38,893 nt of DNA from Octopus sinensis (Eukaryota): the NCBI RefSeq assembly GCF_006345805.1, contig NW_021835517.1, positions 1-38,893 of the forward strand, written 5' to 3'. The translations under genes and the position numbers were made by a program. Shown here piece by piece: positions 23,427-35,077 of the stretch. Each line of letters starts with the position of its first letter. Positions within the stretch are counted from its first letter, which is position 1. Under the pieces are notes generated by a model. It was not told the origin of the DNA, did no database searches, and worked only from the letters and a program-made list of their open reading frames with translations.

Positions 23427-24326
23427 CAAGGTGCGTGAAAAGTGAGTAGGCATTCAAAAGAGTTACAAAATCCGTATTCCTCTTACAAATTTATTGAAAC
23501 AAATGATACATGTTCTTTATTACATTGGAAAATAAAAGTAAATCTTCATATTTCAATGTAAGCACCAGTGGCTTCAACCAGTTTCCTCAAACGGCCAGGG
23601 ATGGAATGAACAAACCTCTGAGTGACGTCGTCTGGGTTATCATTGAGAACCTCTTGAATCCGTGTCTCCAAGTCCTCCAGTGTGCAAGGTTTTGTCTTGT
23701 ACACCTCCTCTTTTGTGTAAATCCACAGGTAAAAATCACATGGAGTGAGATCTGGACTTCTTGGAGTTCTGGACTTCTGGACTTCTGCGGTCACAATCTT
23801 CACGTTTTAGCTTTTGCACGTAATGTGGTTTTCACGGACGAAAATTCAATTCTTTATGTAACACCGTACGTATTGTGTGTCTTGTTCGTCCACTTTCACG
23901 AGTTGCTTGACGTGTTGATTTTTTGCGGGCTGCGATTGAACATTTCCTGCACTGTTGCGACGTTCTCCGCAGATCGGGATGTGGTAGGACAGCCACTTGT
24001 TCTTGCATCGTTCACAGAGGCCGTGGTCATCGGCTTTGCATGACAACTTTTTATTGTCTCCGGATGTAGTGTTGCATGCTTACCTTTCCATGCACGCCAC
24101 CATCTCTGAACCAAAACAATGGGATTCCACACTTCATAGCGTGCCGCTGTCTTAGCCCGTTTCTGAACAGTCAAGCGACCTGGCATCTGGAAAATAAGAA
24201 ATAAGACAATAAAGAAATAAATCCCCCTCAGTGTTGCCTGTTTAAAAAATGTTTTCGTCGTGACTTCAGTGATACTAAAACTTCTATAAGCAATTTCTAA
24301 TGCCTACTTACTTCCCACTCACTCTG
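23427..24326 (-). mobile_element. Internally deleted Tc1/mariner-superfamily transposon (900 bp)
   Basis: Imperfect ~28-bp TIRs CAAGGTGCGTGAAAAGTGAGTAGGCATT and CAGAGTGAGTGGGAAGTAAGTAGGCATT, TA on both sides; HTH-type N-terminus (MPGRLTVQKR..SGCPTTSRSAENVATV) and C-terminus (PRSPDLTPCDFYLW..G.YIE); middle of catalytic domain missing. Confidence 0.85.
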
Positions 24327-24515
24327 TATATGCATGTACATACACACATGTGTACATATATATCGTATATTACAGACATGAAGGCCAATTTTGAACACAG
24401 TATAGTCGAGAAAACAGCAGAAAGATTGAGTATATCAGCCTCATGAGACGGAAAAAAATTTGACAGCAGGCGGCTATAGGATTCGAACTCCTATCCCGTA
24501 GATATCGGCTGAGTA

Positions 24516-24680
24516 CTCATCTATTTCTTTATTGCCCACAAGGGGCTAAACATAGAGGGGACAAACAAGGACAGAGAATGGGATTAAATCGATTATATCG
24601 ACCCCAGTACGTAACTGGTACTTAATTTATCGACTCCGAAAGGATGAAAGGCAAAGTTGACCTCGGCGGAATTTGAACTC
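24516..24680 (-). mobile_element. SINE family B, 5'-truncated, inserted into a tRNA-like head
   Basis: Reverse complement of 27300-27465; splits ..TTAATGGT|..ACTCAGCCG of the tRNA-like unit. Confidence 0.85.
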
Positions 24681-24864
24681 ACCATTAAGCTAAACGGCCC
24701 ACTGACAGCAGTTACCATCAAATTAAACGCCAAATAAGAATAGCATTTGGAATGCGACAACATTTTGTAAACAAACTTTTGGAAGCGTCGAATGTGTTTC
24801 GTATTTTACAAACAAGAAAACAAATTTCGAACGCAGTTGCATTCCAAAAGCTATTGTTTCAGTA

Positions 24865-24934
24865 GGCCGTTTGGCTTAATGGCGGCATACTCAGCTGGTA
24901 TCTGAGGGTTATGGGTTCGAGTTCCGTAGCCGTC
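24865..24934 (+). pseudogene. tRNA-like sequence (Pol III A/B boxes, anticodon-type arm)
   Basis: A-box TGGCTTAATGG, CTCAG-CTGGTAT-CTGAG stem-loop, B-box GGTTCGAGTTCC; acceptor stem imperfect. Confidence 0.55.
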
Positions 24935-25084
24935 TGCTGACAACCTTTGAGGGTAAAACACCCAATCTTTCCACCGTTTTCACAGGTGTACTGGGTTCGA
25001 AATTTGCTTTCTGGTCTGTAAAATACGAAACACATTCAACATTTTCAAAAGTTTGTTTACAAAACGTTGTAGATATGTATGCGT

Positions 25085-25233
25085 GTATCCTTGTTTTTTT
25101 CTCTGTGTCCCTTTCTGTAGAGGAGCGTAGGCTCGAAACGTAAAAGCCTTTTTCTATTCCTGAGCGTTATACTAATACATCTGTTTGTTTTGTACACCAC
25201 CTGTCTTCGTCTTTTGTTTTTTTCGTAAACTCT

Positions 25234-25240
<7 letters not shown>
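25085..25240 (+). mobile_element. Short hammerhead-bearing repeat followed by (TA)n
   Basis: Contains motif 25111-25146; tail shared with 8620-8724. Confidence 0.55.
25111..25146 (+). ncRNA. Minimal hammerhead-like motif (A6U core variant)
   Basis: CTTT-CTGTAGA-G-GAGC(GTAG)GCTC-GAAAC-GTA-AAAG. Confidence 0.5.
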
Positions 25241-25270
<30 letters not shown>

Positions 25271-25420
25271 CCTGCAAGGTGTCCAGCAATCACCCTCCTC
25301 ACCAAGCACACCTGGTGGGGTTGTCAGTTTAGTCGCCGACGACCCTACCATGTAACAAGTTGTACTGGATTACATGGTACCAGTAGCGCCCAAGAGCGAC
25401 CTCAAGAGCGACTCGACATG
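25271..25420 (-). mobile_element. Second copy of the RTE-like 5' end
   Basis: Reverse complement aligns to 16976-17110. Confidence 0.7.
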
Positions 25421-25601
25421 TTAAGAGAGCGCACCTGTTTCTCCTGCAAGCCACTACAGCTGTGTAGTATGTAATAAAATGTGTCAAACTTTGGCTGGGC
25501 TTAAAAGTCTTATAAGGGCATCACATGGCATCGGTAATGAATCATTTCAGTAAGTCATTTGTGACAATGGCTTTTCTCGTGTAACGAAGGTGCAGCTAAG
25601 A

Positions 25602-25692
<91 letters not shown>

Positions 25693-25817
25693 TCATCCAT
25701 CCATCCATCCATTCATCCATCCATACATACATCCATTCATCCATCCTTCCATCCTTCCGCCTGAAGATTGCAACGGTGTGAAACTTCCATTTCAATTATA
25801 TATATATTATATATATA

Positions 25818-25865
<48 letters not shown>

Positions 25866-26769
25866 TAATTCATATATGCACAGATGTATTTGTGTGTGTA
25901 TGTATAATATATATTTATTTATACACAAATTATCACATATATATTTTCATATGTGCTCATGTCGCTACACACACATACACAGACACGCACACACACATCA
26001 ATAAATGAATGAATGTATGTACTATATACATACACGCATACACACATACGCAAGCACGCACACACACACACATATATATATATATATGCGTGTATGCATG
26101 TATATCTATATATAAATACACATATATACGAACAGACATCTGTAGACATATATAGTTTAATGTGTCTGTGAATATTACATATATTTTATGCCATCATCTG
26201 ATACGGTGTTATGAAATCACCTCTGCACGGAGGTGATTGAAGCTCTGTTATCAAATAGTGTGATAAATCATAAGAAATTATATGAGATATCAGAATTATT
26301 ATGATATCACGTTTCAAATACAATAAACAGTTGCTATTTTCAATTTCCTGCAGCAAACTTTTGTCTGTTGAATATGTATATTTAGAACCAGCTTTATTGT
26401 TTCATTCACGATAGCTTTTATTATTTTCTACTTAAGAATATATACTTAGCGTTGTTCCAAAATAATTATGGAGTTACAAAACAGAGAGGATATACAGGCC
26501 TGACAACTGTAAAATCGCCATTTCTTCTGAACTGGGACTCATAACCCGTTGCCATGTTTAGCAACCCCCAACCAGCTGTCTGTCTTTAGTGGAACCTAAG
26601 GGTGGGGTGCAAGCATTCGGTCCTGGTCTCCGTTCCGAAAATAACTTGTTTGTTTTCCATTTTCCTTACTAGTCTCAGCGGTTCCAATAATGACCACGTC
26701 TTCTGTATTTTCTCTTTAAACGAAAGACATAAAAAATATCGCCCTCAGTAAAATCATTTAGTTAACACA

Positions 26770-27135
26770 TTTTACTTGTTACGGTCATTATACTGCGGCC
26801 ATGCTGGGGCACCTCTTTGAAGAATATTAGCTGAACAAATCGATCCCGGTATATACTTTCTATGTTTGCTAATTATTCTATCGGCCCACTTTGCTGAACT
26901 ACTAAATTACAGGGACGAAAACCAAGGACATCGGTTGTCAAGTGGTGAGGAGGAGCACAAACACATACACATTCACACATACGGTAGGCTTCATCATAGT
27001 TTCCGTTTACTAAATTCCTTCACAAAGCATTGGCCAGCTCAGGACCACAGCAGAAAATACTTGCCCAAGGTATCGTGCAATGGGACTGAACCTGAAACCA
27101 CGAGGTTACAGTGTGAGCTAGTTAACCACACATAG
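26770..27135 (-). mobile_element. SINE family A, diverged full length
   Basis: Colinear with reverse complement of family A. Confidence 0.75.
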
Positions 27136-27227
27136 ACACGCCTTTATCTAAAACAAGTCTCTCAACGTCATTTCTCTTCCGTCCTGACAATTCTGTCAAT
27201 TCGCTGCCCAATGTTCTGATTTAATCG

Positions 27228-27630
27228 TTAAGGCGGCGAGCTGGCAGAAACGTTAGCACGCCGGGCGAAATGCGTAGCCGTATTTCGTCTGCCGTTACGT
27301 TCTGAGTTCAAATTTCGCCGAGGTCGACTTTGCCTTTCATCCTTTCGGGGTCGATTAAATAAGTACCAGTTACGCACTGGGGTCGATATAATCGACTTAA
27401 TCCCTTTGCCTGTCCTTGTTTGTCCCCTCTATGCTTATCGCCTTGTTGGCAATAAAGAAATAAGAAACGTTCGCACGCCGGGCAAAATGCTTAGCGGTAT
27501 TCCGTTTGTCTTTATGTTCTGAGTTCAAATTCCGCCGAGGTCGACTTTGCCTTTCATCCTTTCAGGTTCGATAAATTAAGTACCAGTTGCGTACTGGGGT
27601 CCATCTAATCGACTGGCCTCCTCCCCTAGG
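27228..27630 (+). mobile_element. SINE family B, tandem pair (full copy plus 5'-truncated copy)
   Basis: AAGGCGGCGAGCTGGCAGAAACGTTAGCACGCCGGGCGAAATG..CAATAAAGAAATAAG then a second copy from GAAACGTTCGCACGCCGGG. Confidence 0.9.
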
Positions 27631-27725
27631 AAAAAAAATTGTGATTTAATCGTATACTGTTTAAAGACTTGACAATAAACGTAAGATTAAAATCTCGATC
27701 GTTCTGTTGTTAGATCTATCGTTTC

Positions 27726-27925
27726 TTTTTCACTTGTTTCAGTCATGTGACTGCGGCCATGCTGGGGCACCATCTTGAAGTATTTTAGATGAACGAATCG
27801 ACCCTAATAGTTACATTTTAAAGTCTGGTACTTATTCTTATCTTTCTTTTTGGCCGGACTGTTAAGTTACGGAGACGTAAACACACCAACATCGGTTGTT
27901 AAGCGGTGGTGGGGGACAAGCACTG
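27726..27925 (-). mobile_element. SINE family A, 3' half
   Basis: CTTGTTTCAGTCATGTGACTGCGGCCATGCTGG..GTAAACACACCAACATCGGTTG. Confidence 0.8.
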
Positions 27926-28058
27926 ACACAAAGACACACAGACACACAAGCACACACTCTCACAGACACACACAGTCAATTCAAATAAACGAATAATAAA
28001 ATTAACGGACAGCAAGATGTGCACAAGGCATGTGTTAGCTTGACGCTCGGTGAGAGAG

Positions 28059-28091
28059 TTTGACGTTTCGAGCAAAGCTCTTCGTCGGAAA
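28059..28091 (-). ncRNA. Minimal hammerhead-like motif (U4C core variant)
   Basis: Reverse strand TTT-CCGACGA-A-GAGC(TTT)GCTC-GAAAC-GTC-AAA. Confidence 0.55.
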
Positions 28092-28611
28092 AGAGAAAGA
28101 GAAATGTTTAAAGAAAGAAAAGAAATTGCCAAAAACACGTGTATACACACACACACACACACACACACACTCGCGCGCGCATACACACACGCTCACACAC
28201 ATATGCTCAGGTCATACGAATGTAATATTTACTTAATATTTATTGAGTATTAATTGAAACAGCTGTAAGGGATGATGATTAATTTGCTTTTAATGATTAA
28301 ATAATTTGTTGTGTCGACGCCCCCAGACGATGAAGTAGACTAGCTCAATACGTAGTTATAGAAAGAGAAGTCTAGACGTTAGTAGTAGTAGGATTAGCAG
28401 TCGGAGTCGAGTTGAGTAGAGGCCATCCGAACGTGCGACATAACACAATTATTAACTCCCCAATCTCCATTTTCTTTTGTTCTTATATATAAGAAGATAA
28501 TTTTATAACTTCGTTAAATCGAAAAGCAATTTCGTTAAACCGAAGAGCAAAAATAAAAACAGGACTGCAGCTGGAAGTGCTCAGGTGAGACCGAAGCGAA
28601 AGGAGAAATAT

Positions 28612-28848
28612 ATTAAAAGGTATAAAACAACTTTATATCATTCCCTCCCAAATTATCAAAAATCGAATATATATATATATATTAAAATACTAGGGCACCC
28701 AATAGTAAAACCTAACAGTATAAAATATACACATGTACACGAATAAAAGGTGATAAAACCTAAAAGGGTAATATTCGACTTTTGATAATTTGGGAATGAT
28801 ATGAAGTTGTTTTAGCCGATCGGAGCTTTATTTATTATACCTTTCAAT
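28612..28848. repeat. Imperfect inverted repeat (~45-60-bp arms, ~100-bp spacer)
   Basis: 28623-28670 pairs with 28771-28814; 28612-28624 pairs with 28836-28848. Confidence 0.85.
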
Positions 28849-29164
28849 TACCATGTGTTACATATATATTATATCATACCTTGATACTGTGTGGACTAAG
28901 TTCTCCGTTGATAGGCCGCTGGTATTTATAGAGTGGTATATTATGCAAATTAGGGACTCCTTCATAGAGTAGCTGCTGTATTTGCTGAGTATATAAACAG
29001 TTTGATTGCTTGTTTCTCTGGAGACTGTCAGAATGATGTAGACACCTCTGACGAGAACCCAATAAGATTCGAAAATCGACTAAAGTTGTTCATAATTTTT
29101 TTTCAGTCTGCAGAGAAATGGCTAAAATTTGCTGTTTATAACTATACCATACGCTACACACACA

Positions 29165-29256
<92 letters not shown>

Positions 29257-29257
29257 C

Positions 29258-29420
29258 GACCAGCTTCTTTCAGTTTCTGTCAATCAAATCTGCTCACAAG
29301 GATTTGGTTGCCTCGAGGTTATATATTAGAAGACACTTGCCGAAAGCTCCACGCAGTGGGACTGAACCCGGAACCATGTGTTTGGGAAGCAAACTTCTTA
29401 CTGCACAGCCACGCCTGTGC
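29258..29420 (-). mobile_element. SINE family A, 5' half
   Basis: Reverse complement of head. Confidence 0.8.
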
Positions 29421-29537
29421 CTAATTTTTATACCTCGAGAATTATTTCAGAGCAAGTTTAAATGCATGTTTTCATACAGAGTAAATATACATTCCCTGTA
29501 GTTTGTACTATGTAATGTCTTCATTATTTATCCTTCA

Positions 29538-29760
29538 AATAAGGCAACGAGTTGGCTAAATTGTCAGCACGCTGGGCAAACTGCTTATCGGCATTTCGTC
29601 CGTCTTTACGTTCCGAGTTCAAATCCCACCGAGGTCAACTTTGCCTTTCATCCTTTCGGGTAGGATGAAATAAGTACCAGTTAAGTACTGGATGTCGATG
29701 TAATTGATTTACTCATCCTCCTAAATTTCAGGCCTTCTTCTCATAATTAGAAAGGATTAT
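29538..29760 (+). mobile_element. SINE family B, diverged
   Basis: AAGGCAACGAGTTGGC..GAGTTCAAATCCCACCGAGGTCAACTTTGCCTTTCATCC. Confidence 0.8.
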
Positions 29761-30099
29761 TAATGCTTCCTTAAATTTTGGACAGTTATGCTCTGCTCGA
29801 ATTTTTCTATCTCGTAACCGTGTATACACCCAACAAAGGAGTCTGTAAATGGTTTACGATGTTGTTGAAGATGTAGTGTCAAACGCTTGCTAAATATTGT
29901 ACATCTTTCGCCAATCTAAACTGTTAAGAACTTCTTGCGAAAAGGGGATTTCATATTTAACGTAAACTACTGTGCATACATTTTGAGTTGCTCTTCTTCC
30001 TACAAATTCCGCTTCGCTACTTTAAAGAGGGACACATTGATTAATGAAGCTCTAGGTATACTGTGTTTCAAGAAAGAAAAATAGTCACTATCTTATATT

Positions 30100-30300
30100 T
30101 TTTACCGTTTACTTGTTTCAGTCATTAAACTGCGGTCATACTGGGGGAACCACTTTAAGAATCTTAGTCGAATATATCGACTCCAGTACCTTATTTTAAG
30201 CCTGGTACTTATTCTATCAGTCTCTCTTTTGTGGAACCGCTAAGTTACGGAGATGTAAACACATCAACACTGGTTGTGAAGCGGTTGTGAGAAACAAGCA
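30100..30300 (-). mobile_element. SINE family A, 3' half
   Basis: TTTACTTGTTTCAGTCAT..GGTACTTATTCTATC..GTAAACACATCAACACTGG. Confidence 0.75.
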
Positions 30301-31017
30301 CAAATGCAATGATACCACGTGGACCGAAATATGCACTCAGGGACAGGAGGACACACCAGTAGGAAAAAATTGAAACCAATATTTCGGGTATCGGCTCCTA
30401 TTCAAGAGAAATTACGGAAAGAAGTAAAGGAAAATTTTCGCGTATTGTTTCAGCGAATCATAACGGATACATTTACTAGATTCCATATCAGCCATACTTA
30501 AAGCTTCAGATAATTTGCGGTGGTCACATAATGCATCCAATTTTTTTTTATGCCACATACTCAATGTAAATAAGTTAAAACTTCTGTTGTATTATTTGTG
30601 TTTAAGTAAAGTGGATACAAACATAAGTCGGCGGCCTTGATCTTGATAACGCATTTTGTAAATATCTAGCTAAAGTGCAAATAATTTAAAACCATACCCA
30701 AATATTGATCAGCTCAACGTGGCTAGCAAAACATCCTTTTAATGAATCTGAGATAATCATTCATTATTATTATGTAAGAAATATTAATTAACTTGTTTGA
30801 AATCTTAATTATCTTTTCAGAAGCATTCTTCTATAGAAGATTTTCATTAGTCTCTCCGAAGAGACAATTTTAAGACATTTTGCTTGAGTAATTAACCAGC
30901 GCCTAATTATTTCAGTCATCGAGATATATTAATTTGATTGCAAGAAACATTAATTAAACCAGAATAAATATTAATCAGCGTTTTCCGATCTTAATACAAT
31001 TCACAGCATCTTCTTAG

Positions 31018-31018
<1 letters not shown>

Positions 31019-31090
<72 letters not shown>
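31019..31090. repeat. (ATT)n microsatellite
   Basis: Direct reading. Confidence 0.95.
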
Positions 31091-31165
31091 GGTTGCCATG
31101 TTGATCAAAAACATTGAAATGAATATTCGCTTGAAAATTTATGTATATATATTAATTTATCTAAC

Positions 31166-31226
<61 letters not shown>

Positions 31227-31306
31227 TTATCTACCTGTCTATTTTTCTATCTTTCCATTTATATATGAATATGTAAACATATGTATATATATATATATAT
31301 ATATAG

Positions 31307-31339
<33 letters not shown>

Positions 31340-31737
31340 TATATTAAAACACGCATGCACGCAGACATATATAGATGTATAAATAAATACATACACATGC
31401 AGACACATCAATATACATACATGTATACGTCTATACACGCGATTGCAAACACACGTATTTACGCATGCGTATATTATATATTTAACAATCTAACACATAT
31501 TTAGAATCACAGGAATATGTAAAATATAAATGTAGCATACACATACACACACACAAATATATATATATATGTATATATATATATGTATATATATACATAT
31601 GAATATATACATACGTATATACATATACATATATATGCATACAAACACTCCCCCACATATATACAATGGTAGCAGCAGCTGATCTTCCGACCAAATCATG
31701 GAAACTAAGTCTACATTGGTTTTTGGAAAAGCCGGTC

Positions 31738-31768
<31 letters not shown>

Positions 31769-31833
31769 TGTAGTATGTAGTATGTATGTATGTATGCGCG
31801 TTCATATATATATGTATATATATATATATATAG

Positions 31834-31872
<39 letters not shown>

Positions 31873-31971
31873 TCATGTATATGTATACACACACACATAC
31901 ATATATGTATGTATATGTGTGTAGTTATAAATGTATGTACACATATATGTAAACACATGATACTACATATG

Positions 31972-32020
<49 letters not shown>

Positions 32021-32344
32021 ATACGATATCTTTCAAACATCGTTGAAAAATATGTAATGAAATTAAGAGTGAAGCGATACAGTTTGAACATCAACTCTGA
32101 CAAAAATAATAAAGCTTATATTTATAAACGATTAATTAGCTGATGCTATTAATTGGTGATGGGTTGTTTAATGGGTGTCTGGGAGAAGTATGTGGTGTGT
32201 GTGTGCGGGGTGGTGGGGTGGGGGGTAACAATGCTTTTTTTGTAATCATCAAATATAATGAGAATAACATCAAAAGCGGTAGCCATAATATTCGTTTCAA
32301 ATTTTTTGGCACAAAGCCAGCAGACTTGGTGTACGGGTAATCCA

Positions 32345-32660
32345 TTACAGCGACCACAGTACTGAATTGGTACTTAATTTATCGACCTCGAAAGGATGAA
32401 AGGCAAGGTCGTCCTCGGCGGAATTTGAACTCAGAACGTAAAGATGGACGAAATGTTGCTAAGCAATTCTACTGTAGAATTAATTCTATTCTAGGCACAA
32501 GGCCTTGAAAATTTTTGGGAAAGTGCGTAACTGGTACTTATTTCATCGACCCCGTCAGCAAAAGTCGACCATAGCGAAATTTGAACTCAGAACGTAGCGG
32601 CAGACGAATACCGCTAAGCATTTTGCCCGGTGTCCTAATGATTTTGCCAGCTCGCCACCT
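32345..32660 (-). mobile_element. Two SINE family B fragments (about 32345-32470 and 32520-32660)
   Basis: TGGTACTTAATTTATCGACC..GGCGGAATTTGAACTCAGAACG occurs twice. Confidence 0.8.
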
Positions 32661-32664
32661 CCAG

Positions 32665-33005
32665 CTGTGTGGTTAATAAAAAGCTGTGCGGTTAATAATA
32701 AAGTCACTTTTCAATACATGGTTTTGGGTTCAGTGCCACCGTACAACACTTTGAGTGTCTTCGAATATAGTTCTGGGCCTTGTGAATGAATTTGGTTGAC
32801 GAAAACTGTGTGGAAGCTCATCGTATATAAATATAAATATAAATATAATCATAAATATGTGTGGTAAGTAGCTTGCTTCCTAACCACATGGTTCCGGGTT
32901 CAATCCCACTGCATGCTATCTGGGGCAAATGTCTTCTACTATAGCCTCGGGCCGACCAAAGCCTTGCGAGTGGATTTGGTAGATGGACATTGAAAGAATT
33001 CTGTC

Positions 33006-33006
<1 letters not shown>
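32665..33006 (+). mobile_element. Two SINE family A 5' halves (about 32665-32825 diverged, 32858-33006)
   Basis: Heads followed by GGATTTGGTAGA..GAAAGAA-type segment. Confidence 0.75.
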
Positions 33007-33044
<38 letters not shown>

Positions 33045-33045
<1 letters not shown>

Positions 33046-33330
33046 TTTTAATCCAAACGGGAAACAAAAAAACAACAACAATGGAACAATTACAGTATTA
33101 TTATTAATAGGCGCTCAGGAAAAGGAAGCAGGGAGGTATGACGTTTCGAGCGGAGCTCTTCGTCGGAAACATAAAGAGGAAGAGAGAGGAAAGAAAGATC
33201 CCAGAGCGGGCAACAGGGAAAGAGAAAAAAGACGACTGGTGTTTACGAGTTGCACATGGTGAAAGGCGGATGTTTACGAAAACAGAGCAAAGTGGGTTTT
33301 TAAAGGCAAAAGAGTGGAGACAAGGTTGGT
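33045..33330 (-). mobile_element. Hammerhead-bearing repeat, same family as 4483-4686
   Basis: TTTAATCCAAAC..GCTCAGGAAA..ACGTTTCGAGCGGAGCTCTTCGTC shared; abuts (TA)n. Confidence 0.65.
33136..33170 (-). ncRNA. Minimal hammerhead-like motif (U4C variant, one helix I mismatch)
   Basis: Reverse strand GTTT-CCGACGA-A-GAGC(TCC)GCTC-GAAAC-GTC-ATAC. Confidence 0.5.
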
Positions 33331-33914
33331 AACGCAACAGATGTGTGTGTATGTGTGAGTGTGTGCGTGTGCGTGTGTGTATGTGTGTGTGTGAGGCGAG
33401 ATGAAAAACAAAAAAATATATATGTGTGTGTTAGTGTGTGCGTCTGTGTGTAGGCGTGTGAGGTAGGGCGAGACAGTGGTCAGCTTAGCAGACAAAGGTC
33501 AGTAGTAAGAAAAAGAAGGAAGGAGGAAGGGAGGGAGGGGAAGGGGGAGGGGAAGGGGTGGGGGCGTATGTAGCGTGCCAGCGTGTGTTGAGTAGTAGTG
33601 TGTGTGTGTGTCCAGTGTCGTGGTGGTATAAATGGCGAGTAGATTGAATGTGTGTAAGAGTAATGTATATATTTAAGCAATGTGTGTATATGTGTGCGCG
33701 TGTGTGTAACGAAAAAGGGGGGGGGGTTAAGGAAAAAGGACTCCAGCTGAGGGGAAGATGGAAGAGTGGTCCCGCGGAGGCGGGCGTGGGAAAACCCAAC
33801 GACACGCGACGGTCCCAGGAACGGGCGGGAGGTCTTGTCGGTTCAAGAGCGAGGTGCCTGCGGAGCGTATGCGTACGCGAACCGGCGCAAGCGCGTGCGT
33901 GCGCGAGCCTGCGA

Positions 33915-35077
33915 GTATGTGCGTAAGTATGTATGTGTGTGGATGTGTGAGTGTGTCTGTGTGTATGTCCGGGTGGCAGTGTGTCCGATGAATGTATGTG
34001 AGTATGTGTGTATGTATGTGTGTGCATAGATGTATGTCCGTGTGTGTGTGTGTGTGTGTATGTGTGTGAGTGTGTATGTATGTACGTGTGGGTGTGGGGA
34101 AGTGTGTGTATGTGCATGTGTGTGCGCGTACATACAGGTGTGTGAGTGAGTGGTGTGTGTGTATGTATGTGTGAGTGTGTATGTATGTGTGTGTAGGATG
34201 CATGTATGTGTATGGGTGTATGTATGCGTGTATGTAGTATGTATGTGTACGTGCGTGTGTGTGTGTGTATGCGTGTAGGTGTGCGCGTGTGCATGCATGC
34301 ATGCATGCATGTGCGTATGTGTGTGTGGTGTGCATGTGTGTGGGTATATATGTATGTGCGTATATGTGTGGTGTGTGCGTACATGTGTGTGTGTGTGTAT
34401 GCATGTGTGTGTATGTAGGTGTGTAGGCGTGTGTGTATAGGTGTATGTATGTAAGTATGTATGGGTGTGTCCGTGTATGTGTGTGTATGTATGTGTGTGT
34501 ATGTAGGTGTGTGGGCGTGTGTATATGTGTGTGTATGTAGGTGTGTGGGCGTGTGTATATAGGTGTATGTGTGTATGTCTGGGTGTGTCCGTGCATGTTT
34601 GTGTGTGTGTGTGTATGCATGTGTATGTAGGTGTGTGTGTACGTGTGTAATGTATGTGTGTATGCGTGTGTATGCGTGTGTGTATGTAGGTGCGTGTGTA
34701 TGTGTGTGGGAGTGTAGGTGTGTGTGTGCGTGTGCGTGTGCGTGTTTATGTTGGTGTGTGCGTATGTGAGTGTGAGTGTATGGGTGTTTGTCATGCATGT
34801 GTGTGCGCGTGCAGGTGAGTGTGTGTGTAAGTATGTGTGTGTGTATGTTTGTGTGAGTGTGTATGTGTGTATGTCTGTGTGTATGTATGTGCGTATAGGA
34901 GTATGTGGGTATGTGTGTGTGTATGTATATGGGTGTATGTATGTATGTGTGTGTGTGTGCATGTGTATAAGTATATGTGTGTGCGCGTATGTGTGTATAT
35001 GTGTATGTGTGTGTGTTTATGTATGTGTGTATGTATGTGTGTAGGCGTGTGTGTGTAGATGTATGTATGTATGGGTG

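Larger units (their letters stand above)
24363..25072. repeat. Inverted arrangement of a ~240-bp unit containing a tRNA-like head
   Basis: Plus-strand monomer 24836-25072; minus strand carries ~1.3 units (24834-24363) interrupted by SINE B. Confidence 0.7.

Noticed and set aside
24865-24934. Functional tRNA gene
   Set aside because: Acceptor and D stems imperfect and the two copies disagree at the anticodon; kept only as tRNA-like.
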